This document shows, piece after piece, positions 1 to 9,667 of a DNA stretch of 64,000 bases (position 1 is the first letter of the stretch; each line of letters starts with the position of its first letter). Under the pieces are notes generated by a model. It was not told where the DNA came from, searched no databases, and worked only from the letters and a program-made list of their open reading frames with translations. The stretch spans positions 3,552,001 through 3,616,000 of the forward strand of contig CBDCJH010000002.1 of assembly GCA_965217775.1 (NCBI GenBank), written 5' to 3'. The stretch is from Acidobacteriota bacterium. Its GTDB lineage: Bacteria > Acidobacteriota > UBA6911 > RPQK01 > JAJDTT01. The position numbers and the translations under genes were made by a program.

Positions 1-63
1 GCATGGGCCTCTGGCGAGCACGGCCGGAACGGATGCGGATCATAGCAGTCTGGTCAGGGGCCG

Positions 64-1011
64 TCAACGGCCGGGCGTTCCGCGTCCGTCATCCTTCTGA
101 GCTTGTCCGATCACCGTCATGGCCGAGGCGATCATGCCGGCCATGTCGGACAGGTTGGAGGGAATGATCAGGGAATTGTTGGTCCGGGCCAGATTGCCGA
201 ACTCCTTGATGTACTGCTCAGCGACTCGCAGGTTGACGGCGTCCTGACCGCCTTTCTCATTGATGGCGGAAGCGATTTCCCGGATCCCCTTGGCCGTGGC
301 CTCGGCCACCTTCTCGATCTCCGCCGCGCGTCCCACGGCTTCGTTGATCCGGCGCTGTTTCTCCCCCTCCGAGCGCTTGATCAACTCCTGCTTGTCCCCT
401 TCGGCGACGTTGATCTTCGCCTGCTTCTCACCTTGCGACTGCGCCACCACGGCCCGCTTCTCCCGCTCGGCCCGCATCTGCTTCTCCATGGCGTCCTTGA
501 TGCTCTGCGGAGGGATGATGTTCTTGACCTCGTAGCGGGTCACCTTCACGCCCCAGGGATCGGAGGCTTTGTCGACCGCATCGACGATCGCCGAGTTGAT
601 GGTCTCCCGTTCCTCGAAGGTACGATCCAGCTCCAGCCGGCCAATGACGCTTCTCATGGTCGTTTGGGCCAACTGCGTGGACGCGAACTGGTAGTTGTTG
701 ATCCCGTAGGAGGCTTTCCCGGCGTCGATCACCTGCAAATAGAGAATCCCGTCCACTTCCACCGAGATGTTGTCTTGCGTGATGCAGGTCTGAGGCGGGA
801 CGTCCACCGCCTGCTCCTTGAGCGTATGCCGGTATGCGACCTTGTCCACGAACGGCGTCAGGACATGGAACCCGGCCACCAACGTCGCCCGGTACTTGCC
901 CAGACGCTCCACGATGAAAGCGGATCTCTGGGGAACGATTCGGATGGTCTTGAAGAACGCGATCACCGCCAACAAGATCAGGCCGATCAGAACAACGGTG
1001 CTGAAGTCCAT
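64..1011 (-). CDS. qmcA: SPFH/stomatin-like (band 7) membrane protein
   Basis: N-terminal TM, VERLGKY, ITQDNISVEVDG, AMEKQMRAERE coiled coil. ATG at 1011 has a GGAGG RBS; the longer ORF start lies inside a MITE. Confidence 0.9.
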   Translation of the reverse strand: MDFSTVVLIGLILLAVIAFFKTIRIVPQRSAFIVERLGKYRATLVAGFHVLTPFVDKVAYRHTLKEQAVDVPPQTCITQDNISVEVDGILYLQVIDAGKASYGINNYQFASTQLAQTTMRSVIGRLELDRTFEERETINSAIVDAVDKASDPWGVKVTRYEVKNIIPPQSIKDAMEKQMRAEREKRAVVAQSQGEKQAKINVAEGDKQELIKRSEGEKQRRINEAVGRAAEIEKVAEATAKGIREIASAINEKGGQDAVNLRVAEQYIKEFGNLARTNNSLIIPSNLSDMAGMIASAMTVIGQAQKDDGRGTPGR

Positions 1012-1037
1012 GGTCACCTCCCGGCAAACTCGATGTC

Positions 1038-1203
1038 TTAACTGCCCGTGGCAAAAGTCGCCACGGCATTCGACCGTCCCTGCATCCCGGCGGACTGCGT
1101 TGCGATTCGGGCACATACTCCCGGTATGCACCCGAATCGCGCCTTGTCCGGCGGGCGCAGGAACGGTCTCGGTGCTCGCGGGACTTTCACCACGGACTGT
1201 TAA
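1038..1203. mobile_element. MITE family A, full copy (158 bp plus TTAA target duplication)
   Basis: Imperfect terminal inverted repeats (CTGCCCGTGGCAAAAGTC / GACTTTCACCACGGACTG), TTAA on both sides, near-identical copy at 19580-19737. Confidence 0.85.
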
Positions 1204-1206
1204 GAA

Positions 1207-1659
1207 TCAAATCCTCTTTACGATTAACGTCAGATTCTTCTTGTTCACGATTTCGACCGCCGCACCTTGGGGAATCCTCTCCCCGGCCTCGGCTTGCCAG
1301 GTGGTGCCCCGGTAATCGACGCGGCCGGCCCGGTCGGACCCGATCTCACGGGTCACCAGCGCCCGTCTGCCCACGAACTCATCGGACTCACCGCCGCCCA
1401 CCGTCGGCTGACGGCGGTCGATCCTCCCCTTGATCCTGCTCCGGAAGACCAGCAGCAGTACGACGGACAAGACGACGAACACCCCCAACTGCAGATTCAG
1501 GGAGATCTCCACCGTCATGCAGAGGAGGGCCACCAACCAGGCGCCCAGAGCGAAGAAGATGAGGACCACTCCGGGACTGGCGAACTCCAGGAGCAGCAGG
1601 ACGACCCCCAATCCGAACCAGAGGAGTTGGGGTCTGAGCCATTCCTGAAGAGAATCCAT
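1207..1659 (-). CDS. nfeD: NfeD-like membrane protein (OB-fold)
   Basis: Three TM segments then VGRRALV, GRV...GTTWQA; classic partner upstream of an SPFH gene. Confidence 0.88.
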   Translation of the reverse strand: MDSLQEWLRPQLLWFGLGVVLLLLEFASPGVVLIFFALGAWLVALLCMTVEISLNLQLGVFVVLSVVLLLVFRSRIKGRIDRRQPTVGGGESDEFVGRRALVTREIGSDRAGRVDYRGTTWQAEAGERIPQGAAVEIVNKKNLTLIVKRI

Positions 1660-1877
1660 CTATCCGCCTCCGCTCCGTCCCCGTTCAACTCTACTAGCCT
1701 ATGGCATAAGGCATCATCGCATCCACCCGCCAGGTAAGCGTCTCACTTCTCTTCCCTCTTCTCTCTTTCCTCTCCGGCTGTATCATGTGGACGCCCAGAC
1801 GGAACTGCGGGGGAGCAAGTTCCGCAACGCGAGGACCCATGGTCACATCTCGCCGGACGGACCAGAAGGATCTTCAA

Positions 1878-2807
<930 letters not shown>

Positions 2808-2808
2808 G

Positions 2809-3870
2809 ATGGGGTCCGGGACCGGCGCTCCGACTCCCCGGCGACTCGGATTCTTCATGCCTCCCGAGTGGCATCCCCACGAATCCACCTGGCTGGCCTG
2901 GCCCAAGAACCGGGAGACCTGGCCCGGACGCGTGGAGCGGATCCAGTCGCTCTTCCTGGAGCTGATTCGGCTGCTGGCATCCGGCGAGAGAATCGACCTG
3001 CTGGTGGACCACGGGGAACAGGAGGAGGAGGTCCGCAGCCGACTGGACGCGGCCACCCGCCGCCGGGTCCGATTCCACCGGATCGCCACCGGCGACGCCT
3101 GGATCCGGGACTATGGTCCCAACTTCGTGATTCGGGACGGCGGAGAACAGGCCACTGCCTTCAACCACTGGCGCTTCAACGCTTGGGGAGGCCGTTATCC
3201 GGAACTGGCCGTCGACGGCGACGTCCCGAACCGCATGGCCCCGTTCCTCGACATGCCCCGTTTACGAACCGGACTGGTGCTGGAGGGCGGCGCCGTCGAC
3301 GTGGACGGGCAAGGCGGGGTCCTGGCCTCAGAATCCTGTCTTCTGAATCCCAATCGCAACCCGGGACGGAGCCGGAAAGAGGTGGAAGACTGTCTCCGGA
3401 ACCAACTGGGCGCGTGGCGGACGATCTGGCTGGGAGACGGTCTGCCGGGTGACGACACGGACGGGCATGTGGACAATCTGGCGCGGTTCACCAGTCCGGA
3501 CACCATCGTCTGTGCGGTGGAAAAGGACTTTCGTCAGCCGCATCACCGGAAACTGAAGGACAACCGGCGGCGCCTGACCCTGGCCCGGAGACCGGACGGC
3601 CGCCCCTACCGGATCGTGCCCCTGCCGCTACCCGCCCCCTTGGAAACCGGGCTCGGCGGCTTACCAGCTTCCTACCTGAACTTCTACATCGCCAACCGGT
3701 GGGTTCTCGTCCCCGCGTTCGGATGTCCCCAGGATGAAACAGCCCGGATGACGTTGCAGAATTTGTTCCCACGACGCCGGGCCATCAGCCTGAATTGCCG
3801 GGACCTGATCCGGGGACTGGGAGGCATCCATTGCATCACGCTGCAGCAGCCGCAGGTCGTCAGGTGTTGA
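2809..3870 (+). CDS. aguA: Agmatine deiminase family protein
   Basis: MPPEWHPH, WIRDYGP, LEGG, DTDGHVD, GGIHCIT motifs. Confidence 0.92.
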   Translation: MGSGTGAPTPRRLGFFMPPEWHPHESTWLAWPKNRETWPGRVERIQSLFLELIRLLASGERIDLLVDHGEQEEEVRSRLDAATRRRVRFHRIATGDAWIRDYGPNFVIRDGGEQATAFNHWRFNAWGGRYPELAVDGDVPNRMAPFLDMPRLRTGLVLEGGAVDVDGQGGVLASESCLLNPNRNPGRSRKEVEDCLRNQLGAWRTIWLGDGLPGDDTDGHVDNLARFTSPDTIVCAVEKDFRQPHHRKLKDNRRRLTLARRPDGRPYRIVPLPLPAPLETGLGGLPASYLNFYIANRWVLVPAFGCPQDETARMTLQNLFPRRRAISLNCRDLIRGLGGIHCITLQQPQVVRC

Positions 3871-3923
3871 CGAAACGTCCACCAGAAACGGTGGGCACAT
3901 TTCTGCTGGACCATCGCGGCGGC
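3722..3923 (+). repeat. Direct repeat copy 1 (aguA 3' end plus downstream hairpin)
   Basis: Aligns by eye to 5442-5642 with scattered substitutions and small indels. Confidence 0.9.
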
Positions 3924-4161
3924 CCGAAAACCGTGTTTTGGCCGAAGAAGACCTGCGGCAGAGCGTGGCGTCATCGTCTCCTTTGAGTCGATTCGACGTT
4001 GGCGCCGCAGGTTTGGCCCCGAATATTCTCGATCTCCAGGACGAACGCAGGGACAAGCGGGCGGCATCTTGCTGGTCGACGAACTGGTCATTACAATCCG
4101 GGACCGACGGCATTATTTGCAGCGTGCCGACAACCCCCGTGCCTTGAGGAGGGATCAAGCC

Positions 4162-5064
4162 TTGCGACAATCTATCTGGCTCCTGCTGGTCTTGTTATCC
4201 GGATTCTTTGCCGGCTCAAATGACAGCGGCCTTGCCGGCGAAAACCGCAGGTGGCAGCAGCAACAGGTCGAGGGGAATCCTCATGTTGTAAGGGCGGGGG
4301 AAGCAGTAGGCGTGAGGGTCGTGCCTGGGATGTGGCGACCGCATTATCCCTTCGAGCAGATCGTCTGGATCAGTCCTCCCTGGCCCAGTGCCGATTACAT
4401 CTGGTTGGATTTCCCGGAGGCCATCTTCTCCGATCAGGGGCTCCTCTATCTGAGTCATGTCAATCCAAACTATCCCCCGCTGTTTCCCGATCTACCCAGG
4501 ATCCCATGGCGGGAGATCCCGAATGGTGTGGCCTTCGAACGACAATTGCCGAATGGAGTCCGTTTCGGAGGAAGAGTTGTCAAAACGGACAACACGACCG
4601 TCGGACTGGGACTCCACATTGAAAACGGCAGTCCCCATCCTCTGACCAATATCCGACTGCAAACCTGCGCCTATTTGCGGGCCATCCGCGAGTTCGCCGA
4701 TTTCACCAATGACAATAAATTCGTTCATCTACCGGGCCGTGGCTGGCAATCTCTTCGGAAGTCGATCGAAACCAGGGCTTCGGAGGGGAGATATTCCCTT
4801 GGATTTCGGGGTCTCGGCCTGCCTGGAGCTGACCTGCCGGTCATCGCTGCGCTCTCCAGCCGCGGTCAACGTTTCGTGACCATGACCTGGTTCAAAGACA
4901 CGTTGTCCCTGATTGGGAATTCCAAGCACCCTTGCTTTCACGCGGATCCCGGTTTTCCGGACCTCGCACCCGGATCTTCCGCTTCCATCGAGGGTACGAT
5001 CTTTTTCTTCGAAGGTGCTCTCGACCAGCTCGAAGCACGGATGAAGGCAAGTCGATCGCCTTAG
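4162..5064 (+). CDS. Hypothetical secreted protein
   Basis: Long ORF with signal-like LRQSIWLLLVLLSGFFAG; start uncertain (ORF opens at 4069). Confidence 0.7.
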   Translation: MRQSIWLLLVLLSGFFAGSNDSGLAGENRRWQQQQVEGNPHVVRAGEAVGVRVVPGMWRPHYPFEQIVWISPPWPSADYIWLDFPEAIFSDQGLLYLSHVNPNYPPLFPDLPRIPWREIPNGVAFERQLPNGVRFGGRVVKTDNTTVGLGLHIENGSPHPLTNIRLQTCAYLRAIREFADFTNDNKFVHLPGRGWQSLRKSIETRASEGRYSLGFRGLGLPGADLPVIAALSSRGQRFVTMTWFKDTLSLIGNSKHPCFHADPGFPDLAPGSSASIEGTIFFFEGALDQLEARMKASRSP

Positions 5065-5104
5065 ATCCTTAAGCTCAAAGTCTTCGGCAAATGGACGAAG
5101 AAAT

Positions 5105-5445
5105 TCAGGCGTGTGTTTCGCCAAGTGACGGAAGAACAACGGATTCCCGCAGGTGCAGGACCTTCAAGGGCGCATCGGGTTCGTCGTTGGTGGTCCATTC
5201 GACGCGGGCCACGAGCCCCAACTTGTCGCGACTGATGCCCCCGCTGTGAAGCACCCTGTCATGAAACTCCCAGAACACTCCTTGGCGGGCCAAGTACTCT
5301 GAGAACGCCGCAGCCGCAAAGGCATTTCGATGCCACGGAATCGGGAAGTGTTTGAAGACGAGGCGTACTCTGCCTGGCCACTTCTCGACGACACCCTGCA
5401 GAATGGGCGCCGCTTGCGAACAAAAACGGCACTCGAAATCAGATT
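5105..5445 (-). pseudogene. DsbA/thioredoxin-family fragment
   Basis: SDFECRFC (CxxC), RLVFKHFPIPWH, FWEFHD motifs; no start, cut at the edge of the second direct repeat. Confidence 0.7.
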
Positions 5446-5642
5446 TCCCCAGGATGAAACAGCCCGCAAGACCTTGCAGAAATTTTCTACGACTCCGGGC
5501 CGTCAGCCTGAATTGCCGCGACCTGATCCGGGAGCTGGGAGGCATCCACTGCGTCACGCTGCTGCTGCCGCAGGTCAGCAGGCGTTGACGAAACGTCCAC
5601 GAAACGGTGGGCACGTTTCTGCGGGACCATCGCGCCGGCGGC
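5442..5642 (+). repeat. Direct repeat copy 2 (degenerate aguA 3' end)
   Basis: Encodes LNCRDLIRELGGIHCVT..PQV, frameshifted relative to aguA. Confidence 0.9.
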
Positions 5643-5655
5643 GGGAAATGCGGGC

Positions 5656-6105
5656 CTACGGGTTCGCGTCCGTCCACGGATTTACCGTGATGACTCCGGT
5701 GTTGCGAAAATCCCGCTGGTTCCGTGTGACGATGGAAAGATCGTGGCGGATCGCCGTTCCCACCAGCATGGCATCGGGAAGATGACCATCGAGCGGCTCG
5801 CCCCGTCGCCGATTGAATTCCATAGTCTGAGCACAGGCCCGGGCATCGGCGGCCGTCCAATCGAACACCCGATCCTGGAAAAGGCTGTCCAGAACGCCTT
5901 CAAACCGCCGGACAAGATCCTCCCGGCGCCCGCCTGGATCGATCCGGCCGATTCCATTGAGAATCTCCCAGACGGTGATGGACGCAAGGCCTATCCCCTG
6001 ACCGGCGATCCTGTTGAGGAACCTTCCGACGCGCGGCTCCGGGTGCGGCCGCATCATTTCCGACACGACATTGGTGTCGAGAATCCAGACAATCGGTGCT
6101 TTCAC
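5656..6105 (-). CDS. vapC: PIN-domain toxin (VapC/FitB family)
   Basis: ILDTNVVSE, D-AMLVGTA, VTRNQRDF, NPW motifs. Confidence 0.92.
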   Translation of the reverse strand: MKAPIVWILDTNVVSEMMRPHPEPRVGRFLNRIAGQGIGLASITVWEILNGIGRIDPGGRREDLVRRFEGVLDSLFQDRVFDWTAADARACAQTMEFNRRRGEPLDGHLPDAMLVGTAIRHDLSIVTRNQRDFRNTGVITVNPWTDANP

Positions 6106-6359
6106 GCTTCTTCCTCGTCGGCGAACACGAACGGCCGGTATCCATAGCGGGCGGACGGCGGCAAATCAATTCCGTGCTCCGGCCCGAAAAACCGCTTGAA
6201 CACCTCGGACGGCTTGGTGCGCCGTTCGGACCTCTCCCGTTTTTCACGGATGAGCCGGCGGACGAACTCTTCCATGGAGACGCCGGTATCCCGCGCTTCT
6301 CGTTTGAGCCAGGATTTGTCCCCGGGATCGATACCACGGACGGTGATAACGGAACTCAT
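6102..6359 (-). CDS. Ribbon-helix-helix antitoxin (FitA-like)
   Basis: ITVRGID..LK..A...GVSMEEFVR; 4-bp overlap with the PIN toxin; AGGAGG RBS. Confidence 0.85.
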   Translation of the reverse strand: MSSVITVRGIDPGDKSWLKREARDTGVSMEEFVRRLIREKRERSERRTKPSEVFKRFFGPEHGIDLPPSARYGYRPFVFADEEEA

Positions 6360-6408
6360 CGCGGTGTTCCCTCCTGATTGCGTTCTTGATTCCCTGAGCC
6401 AGACCATA

Positions 6409-6440
6409 TGCTAGCACAAATTGCTGTCAGTACTGCTACA
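6409..6440. promoter_or_regulatory. Putative TA autoregulatory operator boxes
   Basis: TGCTAGCA, TGCTGTCA and TGCTACA directly upstream of the antitoxin; resemble the TGCTATCA half-site of FitA. Confidence 0.4.
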
Positions 6441-6496
6441 AGTCTGGCCCCTGTTCGTACAAACGGAGAGACGGAGACAACTGTGAAGAAAATGGG

Positions 6497-6790
6497 CTAC
6501 TCGCCGCGGATCTTGCGGATCTCCCGCTCCATCTGGCGATTCAGGCGGGCTTTGTCCCGGGAAAGCTGCTGGTTCAGTTCCTGGACCTTGTCAACGGCGC
6601 CCGTCTGGGCGGCTGCGACGATCTGGGACTGCTTGTGGATCTCGACCTCGGCGATGCGAGCCTGGTATTTGGTTCGGACCTGGGCGATGGCTTCCCTCTG
6701 CCCATCGTTCAGGCTCACGACCGTGTACTCCTCCTGAGACTCCAACTTCTCGAGAGCCAGTTCCCAAGCAGACTTCAACTCGCCCGGCAT
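6497..6790 (-). CDS. Conserved hypothetical coiled-coil protein
   Basis: ELKSAWELALEKL start, helical charged sequence, directly after ilvB. Confidence 0.75.
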   Translation of the reverse strand: MPGELKSAWELALEKLESQEEYTVVSLNDGQREAIAQVRTKYQARIAEVEIHKQSQIVAAAQTGAVDKVQELNQQLSRDKARLNRQMEREIRKIRGE

Positions 6791-6814
6791 CGGCGGATCC
6801 TTTCCAACTGTACG

Positions 6815-8572
6815 CTACGGTTCGTCGTAGATGGTATCGGCGAAGGTGTGTCCCGACGGAATCATGGGCAGGACGTGCTCGGTATAGGGAATCACGACGT
6901 CCAGGACGTAGGCGGTCTTGCTGGCCAGCATCTCGTCCAGGGCATCGGACACCTCGTGCCGCCGGGTGATGCGGCGGGCCGGGATTCCGAACCCCTCGGC
7001 CAGAGAGACGAAGTCGGGATAGATGTTCTCCGGATTCCTGGGATCGCCGATGAAGGTGTGGGCCCGATTGCCGGAGTAGAAGCGATCCTCCCACTGGACC
7101 ACCATGCCCAGGTGCTGATTGTTCAGGATCAAGGCCTTGACCGGGATTTCCTCGGCATAGGCGGTCGCCAGCTCCTGGATATTCATGACGAAGCTGCCGT
7201 CTCCGTCTACGTCGATGACCTGCCAGTCGGGACGCCCCAGCTTCGCACCCAGGGCCGCCGGATAGCCGAATCCCATGGCCCCCAGACCCGCCGAAGTCAG
7301 GAGCGTGCGAGGATAGATGAACTTGAAATACTGTGCCGCCCACATCTGGTGCTGCCCCACCCCGGTGGTCAGAATGGCCTTTCCGCGAGTCTTCCGGGAA
7401 AGCAGGTCCAAGACGTGCTGGGGCATGATCCGATCCCCGTCCTGACGGTAGCGGAAGGGCTTGGAACGCTTCACCTCCATCAAGTTCCAAAGCCAACCGG
7501 AGTAGTCCGACTTGTCCAGGTCCATCTGGTTGAGACGCCGCAAGAGGTCGTGAACGTCCCCGGTCACCGGAATCTGGGCCGGCTTGATCTTGTTGATCTC
7601 GGAGGAATCGATGTCCACGTGGACGATGGTGCCGTGCTTGGCGAATTCCTCGGCTTTTCCGGTGACGCGGTCATCGAAGCGAACGCCGAAGGCCAGAAGC
7701 AGATCGGCATTGTTGACCGCGTAGTTGGCGTAGAAGGCGCCATGCATGCCCAGCATGTCGAAGCAGAGAGGATGGCCGGCCGGGAAACTGCCCAGACCCA
7801 GGACCGTCATGACCGTGGGAATCCCCGTCTTCTCGACGAAGCGCCGCAGTTCCTCGGAGGCGTTGGAGCAGATGATCCCGTTGCCGGCGTAGATGATGGG
7901 CCGCTTGGACCGGCGGATGGCCCGCGCGATCTGACCCAATTCCCGGTCCCTGGCCTTGATCTGCGGACGATAGCTTCGAAGGTCCACACGAGACGGCCAC
8001 TTGGGCTTGGCACTGGACTGTTGGACGTCCTTGGGAATGTCGATCAGAACCGGACCGGGCCGTCCGCTGGAGGCCACGTAGAAGGCCTCCTTGACGACGT
8101 GGGGCAGGTCAGAGACTTTCTGGACCAGGTAGTTGTGCTTGGTGATGGGACGGGTGATGCCGACGATGTCCGTCTCCTGAAAGGCGTCCTTACCGATCAT
8201 GGTCTGCGGCACCTGTCCGGTGACGGCCACGATGGGGACCGAGTCCATCTTGGCGTCGGCGATTCCCGTCACCAGATTGGTGGCTCCGGGACCGGAGGTC
8301 GCCAGCGCCACACCCACCTTTCCCGTGGCCTTGGCGTACCCTTCCGCCATGAAGATGCCGCCCTGCTCATGCCGGGGAAGGATGACCCGGATCTTGTCCT
8401 GGACTCCGAGACGGGTCAGAGCCTGGTGAATCTCCATGGAAGCTCCGCCCGGATATCCGAAGATCACCTCGACGTTCTCCCGCACCAGAGCTTCGGCCAG
8501 GATGTCGGAGCCCTGGAGCTGTTGAACTCGGGAGGGGGCGCTAGGGGAGACACTTGAGGAAGCCATGACCAT
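6815..8572 (-). CDS. ilvB: Acetolactate synthase large subunit
   Basis: FGYPGGA, RHEQG, TSGPGATN, GMHG, GQHQMW, GDGSF..N TPP motif. Confidence 0.96.
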   Translation of the reverse strand: MVMASSSVSPSAPSRVQQLQGSDILAEALVRENVEVIFGYPGGASMEIHQALTRLGVQDKIRVILPRHEQGGIFMAEGYAKATGKVGVALATSGPGATNLVTGIADAKMDSVPIVAVTGQVPQTMIGKDAFQETDIVGITRPITKHNYLVQKVSDLPHVVKEAFYVASSGRPGPVLIDIPKDVQQSSAKPKWPSRVDLRSYRPQIKARDRELGQIARAIRRSKRPIIYAGNGIICSNASEELRRFVEKTGIPTVMTVLGLGSFPAGHPLCFDMLGMHGAFYANYAVNNADLLLAFGVRFDDRVTGKAEEFAKHGTIVHVDIDSSEINKIKPAQIPVTGDVHDLLRRLNQMDLDKSDYSGWLWNLMEVKRSKPFRYRQDGDRIMPQHVLDLLSRKTRGKAILTTGVGQHQMWAAQYFKFIYPRTLLTSAGLGAMGFGYPAALGAKLGRPDWQVIDVDGDGSFVMNIQELATAYAEEIPVKALILNNQHLGMVVQWEDRFYSGNRAHTFIGDPRNPENIYPDFVSLAEGFGIPARRITRRHEVSDALDEMLASKTAYVLDVVIPYTEHVLPMIPSGHTFADTIYDEP

Positions 8573-8723
8573 GTAACCTGTCAGTTGTTCGGATTTCGGA
8601 AAATCCCATCGTCACCAGACGAAACTCGGATTCTATCGCCAATTTCGACGGTGGCGCAACTTGGCGGGCGCCTCCGGGCAGCTTGCGAAGCTTCGGAACC
8701 GGGTGATAAAACTGGCCTTCGAC

Positions 8724-9482
8724 ATGCGTCTCAAGGACAAGGTCGCCATCATCACGGGAGCCGCAGCCGGGATCGGAGAGGCCTCTTCCCGCCTCTTTGC
8801 CGCCGAGGGAGCTACGGTCGTGGGGCTGGACCGCGACTCGGCGGGACTGGACCGGGTGTTGGGCGAGATTCGGGATCAGGGGTTCGCCTGTCACGGCCTG
8901 TGCGTCGACGTGACCTCCTCATCCGATTGCCGGGAAGCCGTGGAGTGGACGGCTCGGGAATTGGGGCGGATCGACATCCTGTTCAACAACGCGGGCGTCG
9001 TGCACCAGGGGACGCTGCTGGAGGCTTCGGAGAAGGACTGGGACCAGGCCCTGGACATCAACGTCAAGAGCATGTTCCGGACCTGCCGCCATGCGCTCCC
9101 CGTGATGCTGCGCCAAGGTTCGGGGAACATTATCAACACCGCCTCCGTCGCCGGCTTCTCCGGAGTCGTGAAACGGGGCGTCTATTCAGTCTCCAAAGCG
9201 GCGGTGGTGGGGTTGACCAAGAGTCTGGCCATCGATTACATCGGCAACGGGATTCGCGCCAACTGCATCTGTCCGGCGACGGTGGACACTCCTTCCCTCC
9301 AGTCCCGGATCAACACGGCGGCGGACCCCGAACAGGCCAGGCGGGATTTCATCGCCCGGCAGCCCATGGGCCGCCTCTGTCAGGCGGAAGAGATCGCCGC
9401 GCTGGCCCTCTACCTGGCCTCCGACGATTCGGTCTTCATGACCGGCCAGGCGGTGGTCATTGACGGAGCCATGACCCTCTAG
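8724..9482 (+). CDS. SDR family oxidoreductase
   Basis: TGAAAGIG, NNAG, YSVSK (YxxxK). Confidence 0.93.
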   Translation: MRLKDKVAIITGAAAGIGEASSRLFAAEGATVVGLDRDSAGLDRVLGEIRDQGFACHGLCVDVTSSSDCREAVEWTARELGRIDILFNNAGVVHQGTLLEASEKDWDQALDINVKSMFRTCRHALPVMLRQGSGNIINTASVAGFSGVVKRGVYSVSKAAVVGLTKSLAIDYIGNGIRANCICPATVDTPSLQSRINTAADPEQARRDFIARQPMGRLCQAEEIAALALYLASDDSVFMTGQAVVIDGAMTL

Positions 9483-9643
9483 CCCGAATTTCTCATCAGG
9501 CCGCTGAGCTGACAATGAAAAACATCTTGTTTTCAGTCAACTACGCGGTTTTTATCAATGTTTCTCCCGTACAGGCTGCGCTGGGCGCGCGCTCGCTGGT
9601 CTTTTCGCGATCATCGCGCCCCCTGATGAGAAATGCGGGCTAG
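9479..9643. mobile_element. MITE family B (165 bp, CTAG at both ends)
   Basis: CTAGCCCGAATTTCTCATCAGG versus reverse complement CTAGCCCGCATTTCTCATCAGG (21/22); AT-richer non-coding interior. Confidence 0.8.
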
Positions 9644-9667
9644 GGCAACAGACAAGGAGAGTTCGGT

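Noticed and set aside
1787-1877. Guanidine riboswitch upstream of aguB-aguA
   Set aside because: ACGG motifs and one hairpin (GGAACT..AGTTCC) exist, but they do not form the paired GACGRC hairpins or other consensus; an Rfam search would be needed.
3722-5642. Diversity-generating retroelement TR/VR pair
   Set aside because: Mismatches between the repeats are not adenine-specific, include indels, and no reverse transcriptase is present.
6635-8557. Long antisense ORFs (also 9611-11902, 34636-36555, 46702-48711, 48925-51681)
   Set aside because: Shadow frames of real genes caused by high-GC codon bias; no protein motifs.
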